From NCBI GenBank assembly GCA_016182425.1, contig JACPGP010000016.1:9353-73352 (forward strand): a DNA stretch of 64,000 bases, written 5' to 3'. The notes beneath the pieces are model-generated. The model was not told the DNA's origin. It searched no databases and saw nothing but the letters and a program-made list of their open reading frames with translations. A program made the translations under genes and the position numbers. How positions within the stretch are numbered: the stretch's first letter is position 1; the number at the start of each line of letters is the position of its first letter. Shown here in pieces: positions 9,452 to 17,149 of this stretch. This stretch comes from Candidatus Levyibacteriota bacterium. Its GTDB lineage: Bacteria; Patescibacteriota; Microgenomatia; Levybacterales; UBA12049.

Positions 9452-9537
9452 CGGAGAGGGTGGGATTCGAACCCACGTGAGCTTGCGCCCAATTGGTTTT
9501 CAAGACCAACGCCGTACGACCACTTGGCTACCTCTCC
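9452..9537 (-). tRNA. tRNA-Ser (anticodon UGA)
   Basis: Cloverleaf folded by hand. Acceptor is GGAGAGG/CCTCTCC, anticodon loop CTTGAAA, T-arm GTGGG-TTCGAAT-CCCAC, with a long variable arm. Confidence 0.9.
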
Positions 9538-9580
9538 AAGTGTTCCAAGTATAACAAATTGAGGCTAACACTACAAGAAA

Positions 9581-10006
9581 TTACAGCGAAGATAGCATCA
9601 AAACTTTTAGCTCTTTAACTACTTTAGTTTTCCGATCATTTGTGATAAAAACTTCAGCTTTTTCTTGAATAGCTGTTGCCAATTGAATAGCATCTGGCGT
9701 CCGAAATCCATATATTCTACGAATCTTTGCCGCTCCAACTGCAATTTTTTGATCTATATCAAGAATTGTTAGGTTAGGAATTGTAAGTACCTTTTTTACT
9801 ATATCTTTGGCTGCTTGATCAGAAAGTTTTTTTGAAGAAAGCATCTCAATAAGGGTTGTGATGCTGGTTATTGCTCGTAACTCATTTTCAGCTAAGGCGT
9901 CAAAAATCAATTTCGAAGCTGTTCCAAACTGTGAACTCTCATTAAAATAATAAATAAAAATATTGCTATCTAAAGCTACTTTTTTTAGATTACTTATCCC
10001 ACTCAT
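9581..10006 (-). CDS. vapC: PIN-domain toxin VapC
   Basis: LDSNIFIYYF...LIEML...PDAIQLATA...ITND shows the acidic PIN residues in the expected order. The gene overlaps the upstream antitoxin by 17 nt. Confidence 0.85.
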   Translation of the reverse strand: MSGISNLKKVALDSNIFIYYFNESSQFGTASKLIFDALAENELRAITSITTLIEMLSSKKLSDQAAKDIVKKVLTIPNLTILDIDQKIAVGAAKIRRIYGFRTPDAIQLATAIQEKAEVFITNDRKTKVVKELKVLMLSSL

Positions 10007-10232
10007 CTCTCATTTTTTCAACCTCTGCGATTGGATCTATTCCCTTCCAATATTTTTTAAGAGCGCCGTAATTCTCATCAGACCAGTTTTGTTTGCTTAC
10101 TTTTACTTCAAGCGTTTCCTCATCTATTGGATATACATGAACCTTATTTCCCGGCCTAATGGCCTTTAATTTTTTACGCACCTCTTTAGGAAGAACAATT
10201 TGATATTTTGACCCAATAGTTACTTGCTGCAT
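9990..10232 (-). CDS. vapB: AbrB/SpoVT-type antitoxin (VapB)
   Basis: VTIGSKYQIVLPKEVRKKLKAIRPGNKVHVYPIDEETLEVKV is a swapped-hairpin AbrB-like signature. Confidence 0.8.
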   Translation of the reverse strand: MQQVTIGSKYQIVLPKEVRKKLKAIRPGNKVHVYPIDEETLEVKVSKQNWSDENYGALKKYWKGIDPIAEVEKMRDEWDK

Positions 10233-10301
10233 GGTATGACGATTTTACTATTTTTTGTCATACTTGTCAAGTGGACAAAAAATCTCTATAATACCTTTTA
10301 G

Positions 10302-10385
10302 GGAGGGTGACTCAGACGGTAACGAGAATGGTTTGCTAAACCATGACCCGTAAGGGTCCAGTGGGTTCGACTCCCACACCCTCCG
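10302..10385 (+). tRNA. tRNA-Ser (anticodon GCU)
   Basis: Acceptor is GGAGGGT/ACCCTCC and the anticodon arm is ATGGT-TTGCTAA-ACCAT. The variable arm is GACCCGTAAGGGTCC and the T-arm GTGGG-TTCGACT-CCCAC. Confidence 0.85.
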
Positions 10386-10388
10386 CAG

Positions 10389-12638
10389 CTAGCTCCCAAA
10401 AAATGAGCCGAAGAAACGTTTTATTCTTCCCCACAGAGTAGGTTTTGCAGTTGCCGTTTCGCTACGACTTATTTGTTGCTCGCGCTGGGTTCTTTCAGTT
10501 TCGGTAGAATGATGTACAGCGGCATCACGCCCATACAAATTGTTTTCTGCTTGCTGTTTTTGTATCTGTTCTTCTTTGGGAGTTTCGCTGGTCTTCGGAA
10601 ATATTTGTGGCGCTACCTCCCGGATCCATTCATTCTTTACCATCTGACATGTTTCGGCAATAGTAAGAACCGGCCTATCTCTTCTCCCCCTAACAGCAAT
10701 TGTATCTGCTACAACATACTGATGGTTTTTTCCTAAAAGAGCAGAACGGTTGCCGATTTTAATACCACGAATAGGCCCATACTCCATTGCATACTCACCT
10801 CTACCCGTATGTTTTAGTAACCGATCAACAAATCCTGCAATAACACATTTTTGTATTTCTACCAGAAGCTCATTATTAGCAACATCAAAAACAACATCTC
10901 TTTCTTCTATACCAAAGCTTTGGGCACCTTCTTCATCTATAAAATCATTTTTGGTCTGCTCTACTTCTTTTAAGACGCTGTAGTTAAGTCCATTACTTTT
11001 ACACCAGTCTACTGCTCTGTCTCTATTTTGCACATACCCATTCCAGACGCGAAGCAATGTTATATAATCTGAATCTCTTGATAAAAACTGTGCATATTTC
11101 TGGTCAAAGCGGGATGTACGGGGATTAAAATCAAAAACCGATCTTTGACTACTCAAAAAACCCACAAGCACAGAAACGGCATTCGTTGTTTTTCTTTTTT
11201 TTGCCTCAACAAGCATACGGGCGTAATGCGGATCAACAGGTAATTCTGCCATTTCTTTCCCCATATCTGTTATTGCGCCTCCAGCATCAAGCGCACCTAG
11301 TTTTTTCAGTGTATTTACTGCAGTATCTAAACGATCCTTTCCAGGATGATCGGGGTAATCAAATTCATACACATTGTCAATACCAATATTTTTAATGCGA
11401 AGAACAAGTGAGGTAAGATCAACATGAAAAACTTCAGCTTCTGGAAAATCAGCCCTTGCCTCAGCTTGCGCCTTAGTGAACAAATACCAGCCATCTCCCG
11501 GCGCAACTCTGCCGGCACGCCCGGCACGCTGGCGCCAATCTGCCTTTGTGTGTTCTGTAAGCCGCAGTGATGTTAACCCTGTTCTGTCATCATATCTACT
11601 AACTTTCTCCCATCCCGAATCAATAACATGCTTTAGATTCTGAAACGTTGCTGATTCTTGGCCAACATTAGTCGATATAAAAACCACTCGGTCTTCATCG
11701 GTAATTCTCTCCATTTCCTGTTTCTGCTTGTTATCTCTTGTTCCTCCTGTTAGGGTAATAACTTTTATCTTTTCTTTATCTGGTACGTCTTCCTTCATAC
11801 GCAACTCTTCCTGAAAACTTCTTGCTGTCGCAGCAATATCAGACCTTCCAGGCATAAAAATAAGAATATTTCCGTCTTTTGTCGTATCAGCAAGAATATC
11901 TGCCGCAACTCTTGCTGCTTCTTTTGGTGCTTCTTCATAGGGAATTTCTTTTTCGGCAAAGTGATCGGTAATTGAGTGCATCCTTCCTTCAACATTATGA
12001 ACCACTGCCTTTGGAAAATATTGTCTTAACTTCTTTTCATCTACTGTACCTGATGCAAGAACAAACTTAATTGGCTTCATGCGTTTTTGTCTTCGTAATT
12101 CCTGCACTTTCTTAAAAAGCGCAAGCGTAAGTTGGCCATCAGTGCTTTCTTTATGCGCTTCATCAAACAGTATTGCTATATTTTCTTTGCTATATTCCTC
12201 AAGAAGGGTGCCATTTTTTATTCCTTCCTGCAACATGTTGAGGAGCGACCCGGTAACCATAAAATCAATCTTTGTGGTGGGAGAAACAGTATTTGTACCC
12301 TTGTATCTTTTCCCAACGTTTTCTTTACCAATCTGAAGACCAACAAAGTCTGTCAGGCTATCAACGGCAAATCTGCGCGGTTGAGTTACCAATACTTTTG
12401 CAGACATACGACCATTGTTAGATACAACATCATAGATAAATTGAGGAAGCACCGTACTTTTTCCCGAACCTGTTTGCCCAATAACAATAATTTCATCGTG
12501 TTCATAAAGTGAATTTTTAATATCACTTTCTACCCGATGCATTGGGGTATCCTCTACCAAAGGCGTCTGTCTTGTTGTAGTAAGTTCTCGTCTTGGTTCA
12601 CTTCCAACGCGTGTTCCGGCTTCTATTGCAGCTGGCAT
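10389..12638 (-). CDS. DEAH-box ATP-dependent helicase (HrpA/HrpB-like)
   Basis: Carries GQTGSGKST (motif I), FDEAH (motif II) and QRAGRAGR (motif VI), plus a HA2-like C-terminal region. Confidence 0.85.
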   Translation of the reverse strand: MPAAIEAGTRVGSEPRRELTTTRQTPLVEDTPMHRVESDIKNSLYEHDEIIVIGQTGSGKSTVLPQFIYDVVSNNGRMSAKVLVTQPRRFAVDSLTDFVGLQIGKENVGKRYKGTNTVSPTTKIDFMVTGSLLNMLQEGIKNGTLLEEYSKENIAILFDEAHKESTDGQLTLALFKKVQELRRQKRMKPIKFVLASGTVDEKKLRQYFPKAVVHNVEGRMHSITDHFAEKEIPYEEAPKEAARVAADILADTTKDGNILIFMPGRSDIAATARSFQEELRMKEDVPDKEKIKVITLTGGTRDNKQKQEMERITDEDRVVFISTNVGQESATFQNLKHVIDSGWEKVSRYDDRTGLTSLRLTEHTKADWRQRAGRAGRVAPGDGWYLFTKAQAEARADFPEAEVFHVDLTSLVLRIKNIGIDNVYEFDYPDHPGKDRLDTAVNTLKKLGALDAGGAITDMGKEMAELPVDPHYARMLVEAKKRKTTNAVSVLVGFLSSQRSVFDFNPRTSRFDQKYAQFLSRDSDYITLLRVWNGYVQNRDRAVDWCKSNGLNYSVLKEVEQTKNDFIDEEGAQSFGIEERDVVFDVANNELLVEIQKCVIAGFVDRLLKHTGRGEYAMEYGPIRGIKIGNRSALLGKNHQYVVADTIAVRGRRDRPVLTIAETCQMVKNEWIREVAPQIFPKTSETPKEEQIQKQQAENNLYGRDAAVHHSTETERTQREQQISRSETATAKPTLWGRIKRFFGSFFGS

Positions 12639-12658
12639 GGTATATATTATACTCTAGC

Positions 12659-12688
12659 TTGACTAGAGAAGAGTAATTCAGTTAGGAT
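12659..12688 (+). promoter_or_regulatory. Promoter placing the -10 box 6 nt from the ATG (leaderless type)
   Basis: TTGACT (12659-12664), an 18-nt spacer, TAGGAT (12683-12688), then 6 nt to ATG 12695. The divergent helicase has TATAAT (12651-12646, minus strand) 7 nt before its ATG at 12638. Confidence 0.5.
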
Positions 12689-12694
12689 AAAAGT

Positions 12695-13204
12695 ATGGAT
12701 CAGTCTCCCTTGCACGAGGTAAAAACGCTTCTTTCCTGGAAAGCGCCAGGCAGGCCGTTTCGAAAGAGAGGAAAAGAATACTATCTAAGCGTTTTTTTAA
12801 TTACAATTCTTATTGAAGTTATTCTCTTTCTTTTCTCTCAATATATGCTGATGATTGTTATCCTTTCTTTTGTGGTAATGGCATTTGCTCTAGTTACCGT
12901 TCCTCCACACAATTTTCAATACCGCATCAGCACCGAGGGCATTACCATTGAAGATCACTTTTATCTTTGGCAAGAACTCTACGATTTCTACTTTAAAAAG
13001 CGCGACGGCGTAGAAACATTGTATGTTCGAACACGAGCTTTTCCCGGAGAAATCATCATAAGCTTAGGGGATGTTAATCGGGAACATCTAAAATCTATCC
13101 TTCTACAATTCCTTCCTTATCGGGAAATTATTAAACCCACCTTTATGGAAAAATCTGCCGACTGGCTCTCGCGCAATTTTCCCCTTGAAAAGCGAACTTC
13201 ATAG
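12695..13204 (+). CDS. Hypothetical two-TM membrane protein
   Basis: 169-aa ORF with hydrophobic helices LSVFLITILIEVILFLF and MIVILSFVVMAFALV. No motif recognised. Confidence 0.5.
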   Translation: MDQSPLHEVKTLLSWKAPGRPFRKRGKEYYLSVFLITILIEVILFLFSQYMLMIVILSFVVMAFALVTVPPHNFQYRISTEGITIEDHFYLWQELYDFYFKKRDGVETLYVRTRAFPGEIIISLGDVNREHLKSILLQFLPYREIIKPTFMEKSADWLSRNFPLEKRTS

Positions 13205-13247
13205 AGATTTGGTATATCATACATATTCTTGTATAATAATTGCGATT

Positions 13248-13322
13248 GCACCCATAGCTCAACGGATAGAGTAGCGGCTTGCGGAGCCGTTGATCCCAGT
13301 TCGATTCTGGGTGGGTGCGCCA
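13248..13322 (+). tRNA. tRNA-Arg (anticodon GCG), CCA encoded
   Basis: Hand fold: GCACCCA-TA-GCTC-AACGGATA-GAGT-A-GCGGC-TTGCGGA-GCCGT-TGAT-CCCAG-TTCGATT-CTGGG-TGGGTGC-G-CCA. Confidence 0.85.
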
Positions 13323-13326
13323 AAAA

Positions 13327-13413
13327 GGAGGAGTGCAAGAGAGGCTTATTTGGCCGGTCTCGAAAACCGAGCGAGTCGCAAGATTCACAGAGGTTCGAAT
13401 CCTCTCTCCTCCG
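13327..13413 (+). tRNA. tRNA-Ser (anticodon CGA)
   Basis: Acceptor is GGAGGAG/CTCCTCC and the anticodon loop is CTCGAAA. The variable arm is GAGTC-GCAA-GATTC and the T-arm AGAGG-TTCGAAT-CCTCT. Confidence 0.85.
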
Positions 13414-13419
13414 CAATTA

Positions 13420-13491
13420 GTCCTCGTAGTTCAATGGATAAAACAAAAGCTTCCGGAGCTTTAGTTGCGGGTTCGACTCCCGCCGAGGACG
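13420..13491 (+). tRNA. tRNA-Arg (anticodon CCG)
   Basis: Acceptor is GTCCTCG/CGAGGAC, the anticodon arm AAAGC-TTCCGGA-GCTTT and the T-arm GCGGG-TTCGACT-CCCGC. Confidence 0.85.
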
Positions 13492-13494
13492 CTT

Positions 13495-13926
13495 ATGAAA
13501 TTTGAGTTTTCAGCTGGTGGCATAGTCCTTCGACAAGCTCAGGATAAAAAAATTGAGATACTTGTCGCGCAGCACTCGCAGCACCATGGCTGGGTTTTCC
13601 CAAAAGGCTTAATTGGTGACAGTGGCAAAAAAGAAACAAAAGAAGAAACAGCGGTAAGGGAAGTGCAGGAAGAAACAGGGGTATGGGCAAAAATTATAAA
13701 GCCATTAACGCCAATTTCATACTGGTACCAGTTTGAAGGTCAAAAAATTAAAAAAACCGTGTATTATTTTATTATGGAGTATGTCTCTGGCGATATAAAA
13801 GACCACGACTGGGAAATGGAAAATGTCGAATGGCTGCCAATTGAAGAAGTTGAAAAAAGGTTGACTTACTCGTCTGATAAACAAGTATGGCAAGAGGCAA
13901 AAAAGTTACTAGGAGAGGTCGCATAG
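13495..13926 (+). CDS. NUDIX hydrolase
   Basis: NUDIX box GWVFPKGLIGDSGKKETKEETAVREVQEETG. The start is taken at MKFEFSAGG (13495) because the track start at 13465 lies inside tRNA-Arg. Confidence 0.9.
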   Translation: MKFEFSAGGIVLRQAQDKKIEILVAQHSQHHGWVFPKGLIGDSGKKETKEETAVREVQEETGVWAKIIKPLTPISYWYQFEGQKIKKTVYYFIMEYVSGDIKDHDWEMENVEWLPIEEVEKRLTYSSDKQVWQEAKKLLGEVA

Positions 13927-13999
13927 TTGGTCTAGTGCGCAGCTTTGGAAAAGCTGTATATCCGCAAGGATATCGGGAGTTCGAATCTCCCCCTCTCCG
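13912..13999 (+). tRNA. tRNA-Ser (anticodon GGA)
   Basis: Acceptor is GGAGAGG/CCTCTCC, the anticodon arm CAGCT-TTGGAAA-AGCTG and the T-arm GGGAG-TTCGAAT-CTCCC. The first 15 nt overlap the NUDIX 3' end. Confidence 0.85.
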
Positions 14000-14076
14000 C
14001 AGCGTAAGAAATTTTTTAAAATTTCAACAAATCTAATAAATGGGTGTTCCGATGGAAGGTTTGGTAAAATAATTCT

Positions 14077-15363
14077 ATGAGAGTAAATCTTTCTCGTTGG
14101 ATGGTTGCGATTCTAATAGGACTGATCATAACCGTAGCTGCATTTGTTTTTTTCAAAAATTTTGGGGGAAAGACTGAAGTAAACTGGAAAATAATGAAGG
14201 GGCGGGAAAAACCTCTGCGTGCCGTACACATGGGGGGCAATTGGGGAGGTACTCAAAGGATAGTGGAAAAGCCGGATGAAAAGTACTTTGAATACTTACG
14301 TGATTTAGCGGTCAACTGGGTGGGAATTTCTGTTGCCCTGCATGTTGATGACAGCACGGATTCAAACGTAAAGCGATCGTATTCCGGAGTAGATATCCCG
14401 ACTTTTACGGATGATAATTTGATCCGCATGATTAAACTACTCCGAAAACACGGTTTTCGAGTCTATCTAACATTAGCTTTTGAAGATCAGGAATCTCAAA
14501 AAGCCACTCGCCCAGTCCATCGCTGGCAACTGGGAGATCCTAACGCAGTTGTCAACGGCGAGATTAAAAATTTCCAAGATTGGCCTTGGGCGTCCAACCA
14601 TCCCAACCATACACGGTTTGTGGATGAATTCTGGCGAGCTTACACTGACCAGGCGGTACATTTTGCCCGGATCGCGCAAGAGAGTGGTGTAGAACTTTAC
14701 TCGATTGGCACAGAGACAGAGCAATTATTCAGAAGCCGTTCTGATGCTGACCACCCCAATCATTTTAAAGATCAAATAATGGAAATGGTCAAAGAAACGC
14801 GGCAAGTTTATAGCGGTAAAATCACCTATGACATGCATTACAGTGCCTTGCTCTACGACTGGCCCGGTTCTAAATTTCTTTTTGAAGACATTGACTTTGA
14901 TGTTGTTGGGATAAGCGCTTATTTTGAGCTTGTTGATCATCCTCCCGCCGGAGTCTTAACCGTTAATCAACTAGAAGAGTCTTGGGAGAAAGTATTCCAG
15001 AAATACTTAGTTCCCCTAAAGAATCAGTATCCCCGTAAATCGATCGTGTTCACCGAATTTGGTTACGTGACAGCGGTTGAAGCGCCATATAATCCAGCTT
15101 CCGAGGAACGAAGAAACACGGTTGAAAAGATAGTCGATAGAGACAATAACGGACTTGACGACGCCCAGGAACAACAAGCTCATATTTATGAGGCCTTCTA
15201 TAACACTGTTGAAAAATACCCTGATACGGTAGAAGGAGCATTCACTTGGCAAGAATCTTTCCCTGGAGCATGGGCTCCTGTGGATATTTGGGGTGTATGG
15301 GGCAAACTTGCTAAAGACACTGTAAAAAAATATTACACAAAATGGCGGGGTATTTCTGGATAA
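14077..15363 (+). CDS. Membrane-anchored putative glycoside hydrolase ((beta/alpha)8, GH5/GH113-like)
   Basis: An N-terminal TM helix is present. Candidate catalytic Glu contexts are LYSIGTETEQLF and SIVFTEFGYV. A TAAAAT box (14065-14070) lies 6 nt before the ATG. Confidence 0.55.
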   Translation: MRVNLSRWMVAILIGLIITVAAFVFFKNFGGKTEVNWKIMKGREKPLRAVHMGGNWGGTQRIVEKPDEKYFEYLRDLAVNWVGISVALHVDDSTDSNVKRSYSGVDIPTFTDDNLIRMIKLLRKHGFRVYLTLAFEDQESQKATRPVHRWQLGDPNAVVNGEIKNFQDWPWASNHPNHTRFVDEFWRAYTDQAVHFARIAQESGVELYSIGTETEQLFRSRSDADHPNHFKDQIMEMVKETRQVYSGKITYDMHYSALLYDWPGSKFLFEDIDFDVVGISAYFELVDHPPAGVLTVNQLEESWEKVFQKYLVPLKNQYPRKSIVFTEFGYVTAVEAPYNPASEERRNTVEKIVDRDNNGLDDAQEQQAHIYEAFYNTVEKYPDTVEGAFTWQESFPGAWAPVDIWGVWGKLAKDTVKKYYTKWRGISG

Positions 15364-15441
15364 TATCAACCGTTCGGATATTTCAAACAGGCACCGCTGC
15401 TTGACAGAAATAAAAAAATCATCCACACTATACTAGCCCTT

Positions 15442-17136
15442 ATGAAACTGCCCGCCCTACCCAAGCGTCTAGCGTCTAGCGTTGCGCGTCTAGTTTTTAT
15501 ATTTATTGCATTTTTCATTTTTACAACTCCTGCTTTTGCTCAAACAAGTCCTGCCTTAACCACCAACACTAACCCCGATGTGCCCAAAAATCTCCATACC
15601 TGGACTCAGAATGTCATGATCGAAGTAATGGCTGCCATGTCCTGCCAACTAACCGGTATTGATCCAATAAATCCAAAACAATCATGCCTTGGCGTTGACT
15701 CACAAACTGGCAAAATTGGTTATGTTCCTTCGGCAAATCAGGGACAAGCAGGCGGCGCTATTGGGGTGATGGGAAATCTTATTGCTATGACCTATACGCC
15801 TGCCATGCATACAGGTGATTATTTTGGCTACCTGGCTCAAAACTTTGGTGTTGTCAAGTCGGCCTATGCCCAAACAACAGGGGCAGGGTTTGACAGTCTT
15901 AACCCTATTATTAATCTCTGGATTGCATTTAGAAACCTTGTCTATCTTCTTTTTGTGGCCGTGTTTGCCATAGTAGGATTTGGCATTATGCTTCGCATTA
16001 ATATTGATCCAAGAACTGTGATGACCATTGCCAACCAACTGCCAAAAATGATCATTGCAATATTACTTGTGACTTTCTCCTTTGCCATTTCCGGCTTTCT
16101 TATTGACCTAATGTGGGCATCTATTTATGTGACAACAAATGTTATCGTTTCATCAGATCCAAACCAAGAACTCATATCTCAAGAAACTGCCCAAAAAATC
16201 GTGCAATCAGCAAATCCGATTGAAGCTGCAAATATTGCGGGGGAAGGGAAAGATAAAAAAATTGGAGGTTTAGCAAGGATTGCCTCTGAACCATCCGAAT
16301 CCTTAGGCGAGGTAGTTACTCCTCTTTTTGACAGTGGTATTGGGAAAAGCTCGCTTGGTGTAGCCACAAGCATTATATTTTTTAGCCTGGCGCAAAAAGC
16401 AGCCTCGCCTTTTCAGGAAGCAATCAAAGCGATAGGAAGCTGGACAGGCCTCCCGGGAAAAGCTATTACTCTCACAATATCTACTGCAATTGGCCTCCTT
16501 GCGGGAGTAGCGGGTGGCGCTAATGCTGGGTCTCTTGGGCCATTCTTTGTCAGCTGGATTGTATTTATCGTTATTGTTATCGCAATCCTCTGGGCACTGT
16601 TTCGACTTACTTTTCAGCTCGTTATTGCTTACGTTACTGTGCTTATTCACACTGTATTCTCGCCATTTTGGATTATTGGCGGGCTTTTCCCGGGAAGCCC
16701 CATTGGCTTTGGCGCCTGGTTTCGGGAAATGCTGGGCGCTCTGTCTGTCTTTCCAGTCACCATTGGCATGTTTCTTTTAGGAAGAATATTTATGGCTGCG
16801 TTTGACCAAAATGCACAAACTCACTTTGCTCCGCCCATGACCGGCAATCCCAATGCAGGTAATTTTGGCGCATTTATTGGACTTGGCATTATTCTTTTGA
16901 CACCGCAGGTTGTAACCATCATGAAGGATCTTTTTAAGTCCCCCCAGTTTAAGTACGGCGGCGCTATTGCCCAACCATTAGCCTTTGGGCTTGGTGCGGT
17001 CAACGCACCACAGATAGCACAGAAACTTGGTATGTGGGGATACTACTCTGGCCAGATGAGACATATACCAATAGTCGGTTCGTTTTTTGGCCGAGAGGAA
17101 ACAGCAAGAGGAAGACCACCTCAACCAGGAGGATAG
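15442..17136 (+). CDS. Polytopic membrane protein with signal peptide; possible VirB6/TrbL-like T4SS channel subunit
   Basis: The leader ends ...TPAFAQT and roughly 8-10 hydrophobic helices follow. Assignment rests on topology and neighbourhood only. TATACT (15429-15434) lies 7 nt before the ATG. Confidence 0.4.
   Translation: MKLPALPKRLASSVARLVFIFIAFFIFTTPAFAQTSPALTTNTNPDVPKNLHTWTQNVMIEVMAAMSCQLTGIDPINPKQSCLGVDSQTGKIGYVPSANQGQAGGAIGVMGNLIAMTYTPAMHTGDYFGYLAQNFGVVKSAYAQTTGAGFDSLNPIINLWIAFRNLVYLLFVAVFAIVGFGIMLRINIDPRTVMTIANQLPKMIIAILLVTFSFAISGFLIDLMWASIYVTTNVIVSSDPNQELISQETAQKIVQSANPIEAANIAGEGKDKKIGGLARIASEPSESLGEVVTPLFDSGIGKSSLGVATSIIFFSLAQKAASPFQEAIKAIGSWTGLPGKAITLTISTAIGLLAGVAGGANAGSLGPFFVSWIVFIVIVIAILWALFRLTFQLVIAYVTVLIHTVFSPFWIIGGLFPGSPIGFGAWFREMLGALSVFPVTIGMFLLGRIFMAAFDQNAQTHFAPPMTGNPNAGNFGAFIGLGIILLTPQVVTIMKDLFKSPQFKYGGAIAQPLAFGLGAVNAPQIAQKLGMWGYYSGQMRHIPIVGSFFGREETARGRPPQPGG
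15464..15491 (+). repeat. Heptanucleotide x4 array (AGCGTCT AGCGTCT AGCGTTG CGCGTCT) inside a CDS
   Basis: Read directly. It is 28 nt long and encodes KRLASSVARLV in the signal-peptide n-region. Confidence 0.8.
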
Positions 17137-17149
17137 CAATAGTTAATAA

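Noticed and set aside
13117-13505. Four overlapping track ORFs (13117..13416 -, 13143..13388 -, 13229..13420 +, 13290..13505 +)
   Set aside because: The interval is filled by three tRNA genes that fold well, and the ORFs merely read through the tRNA sequence.
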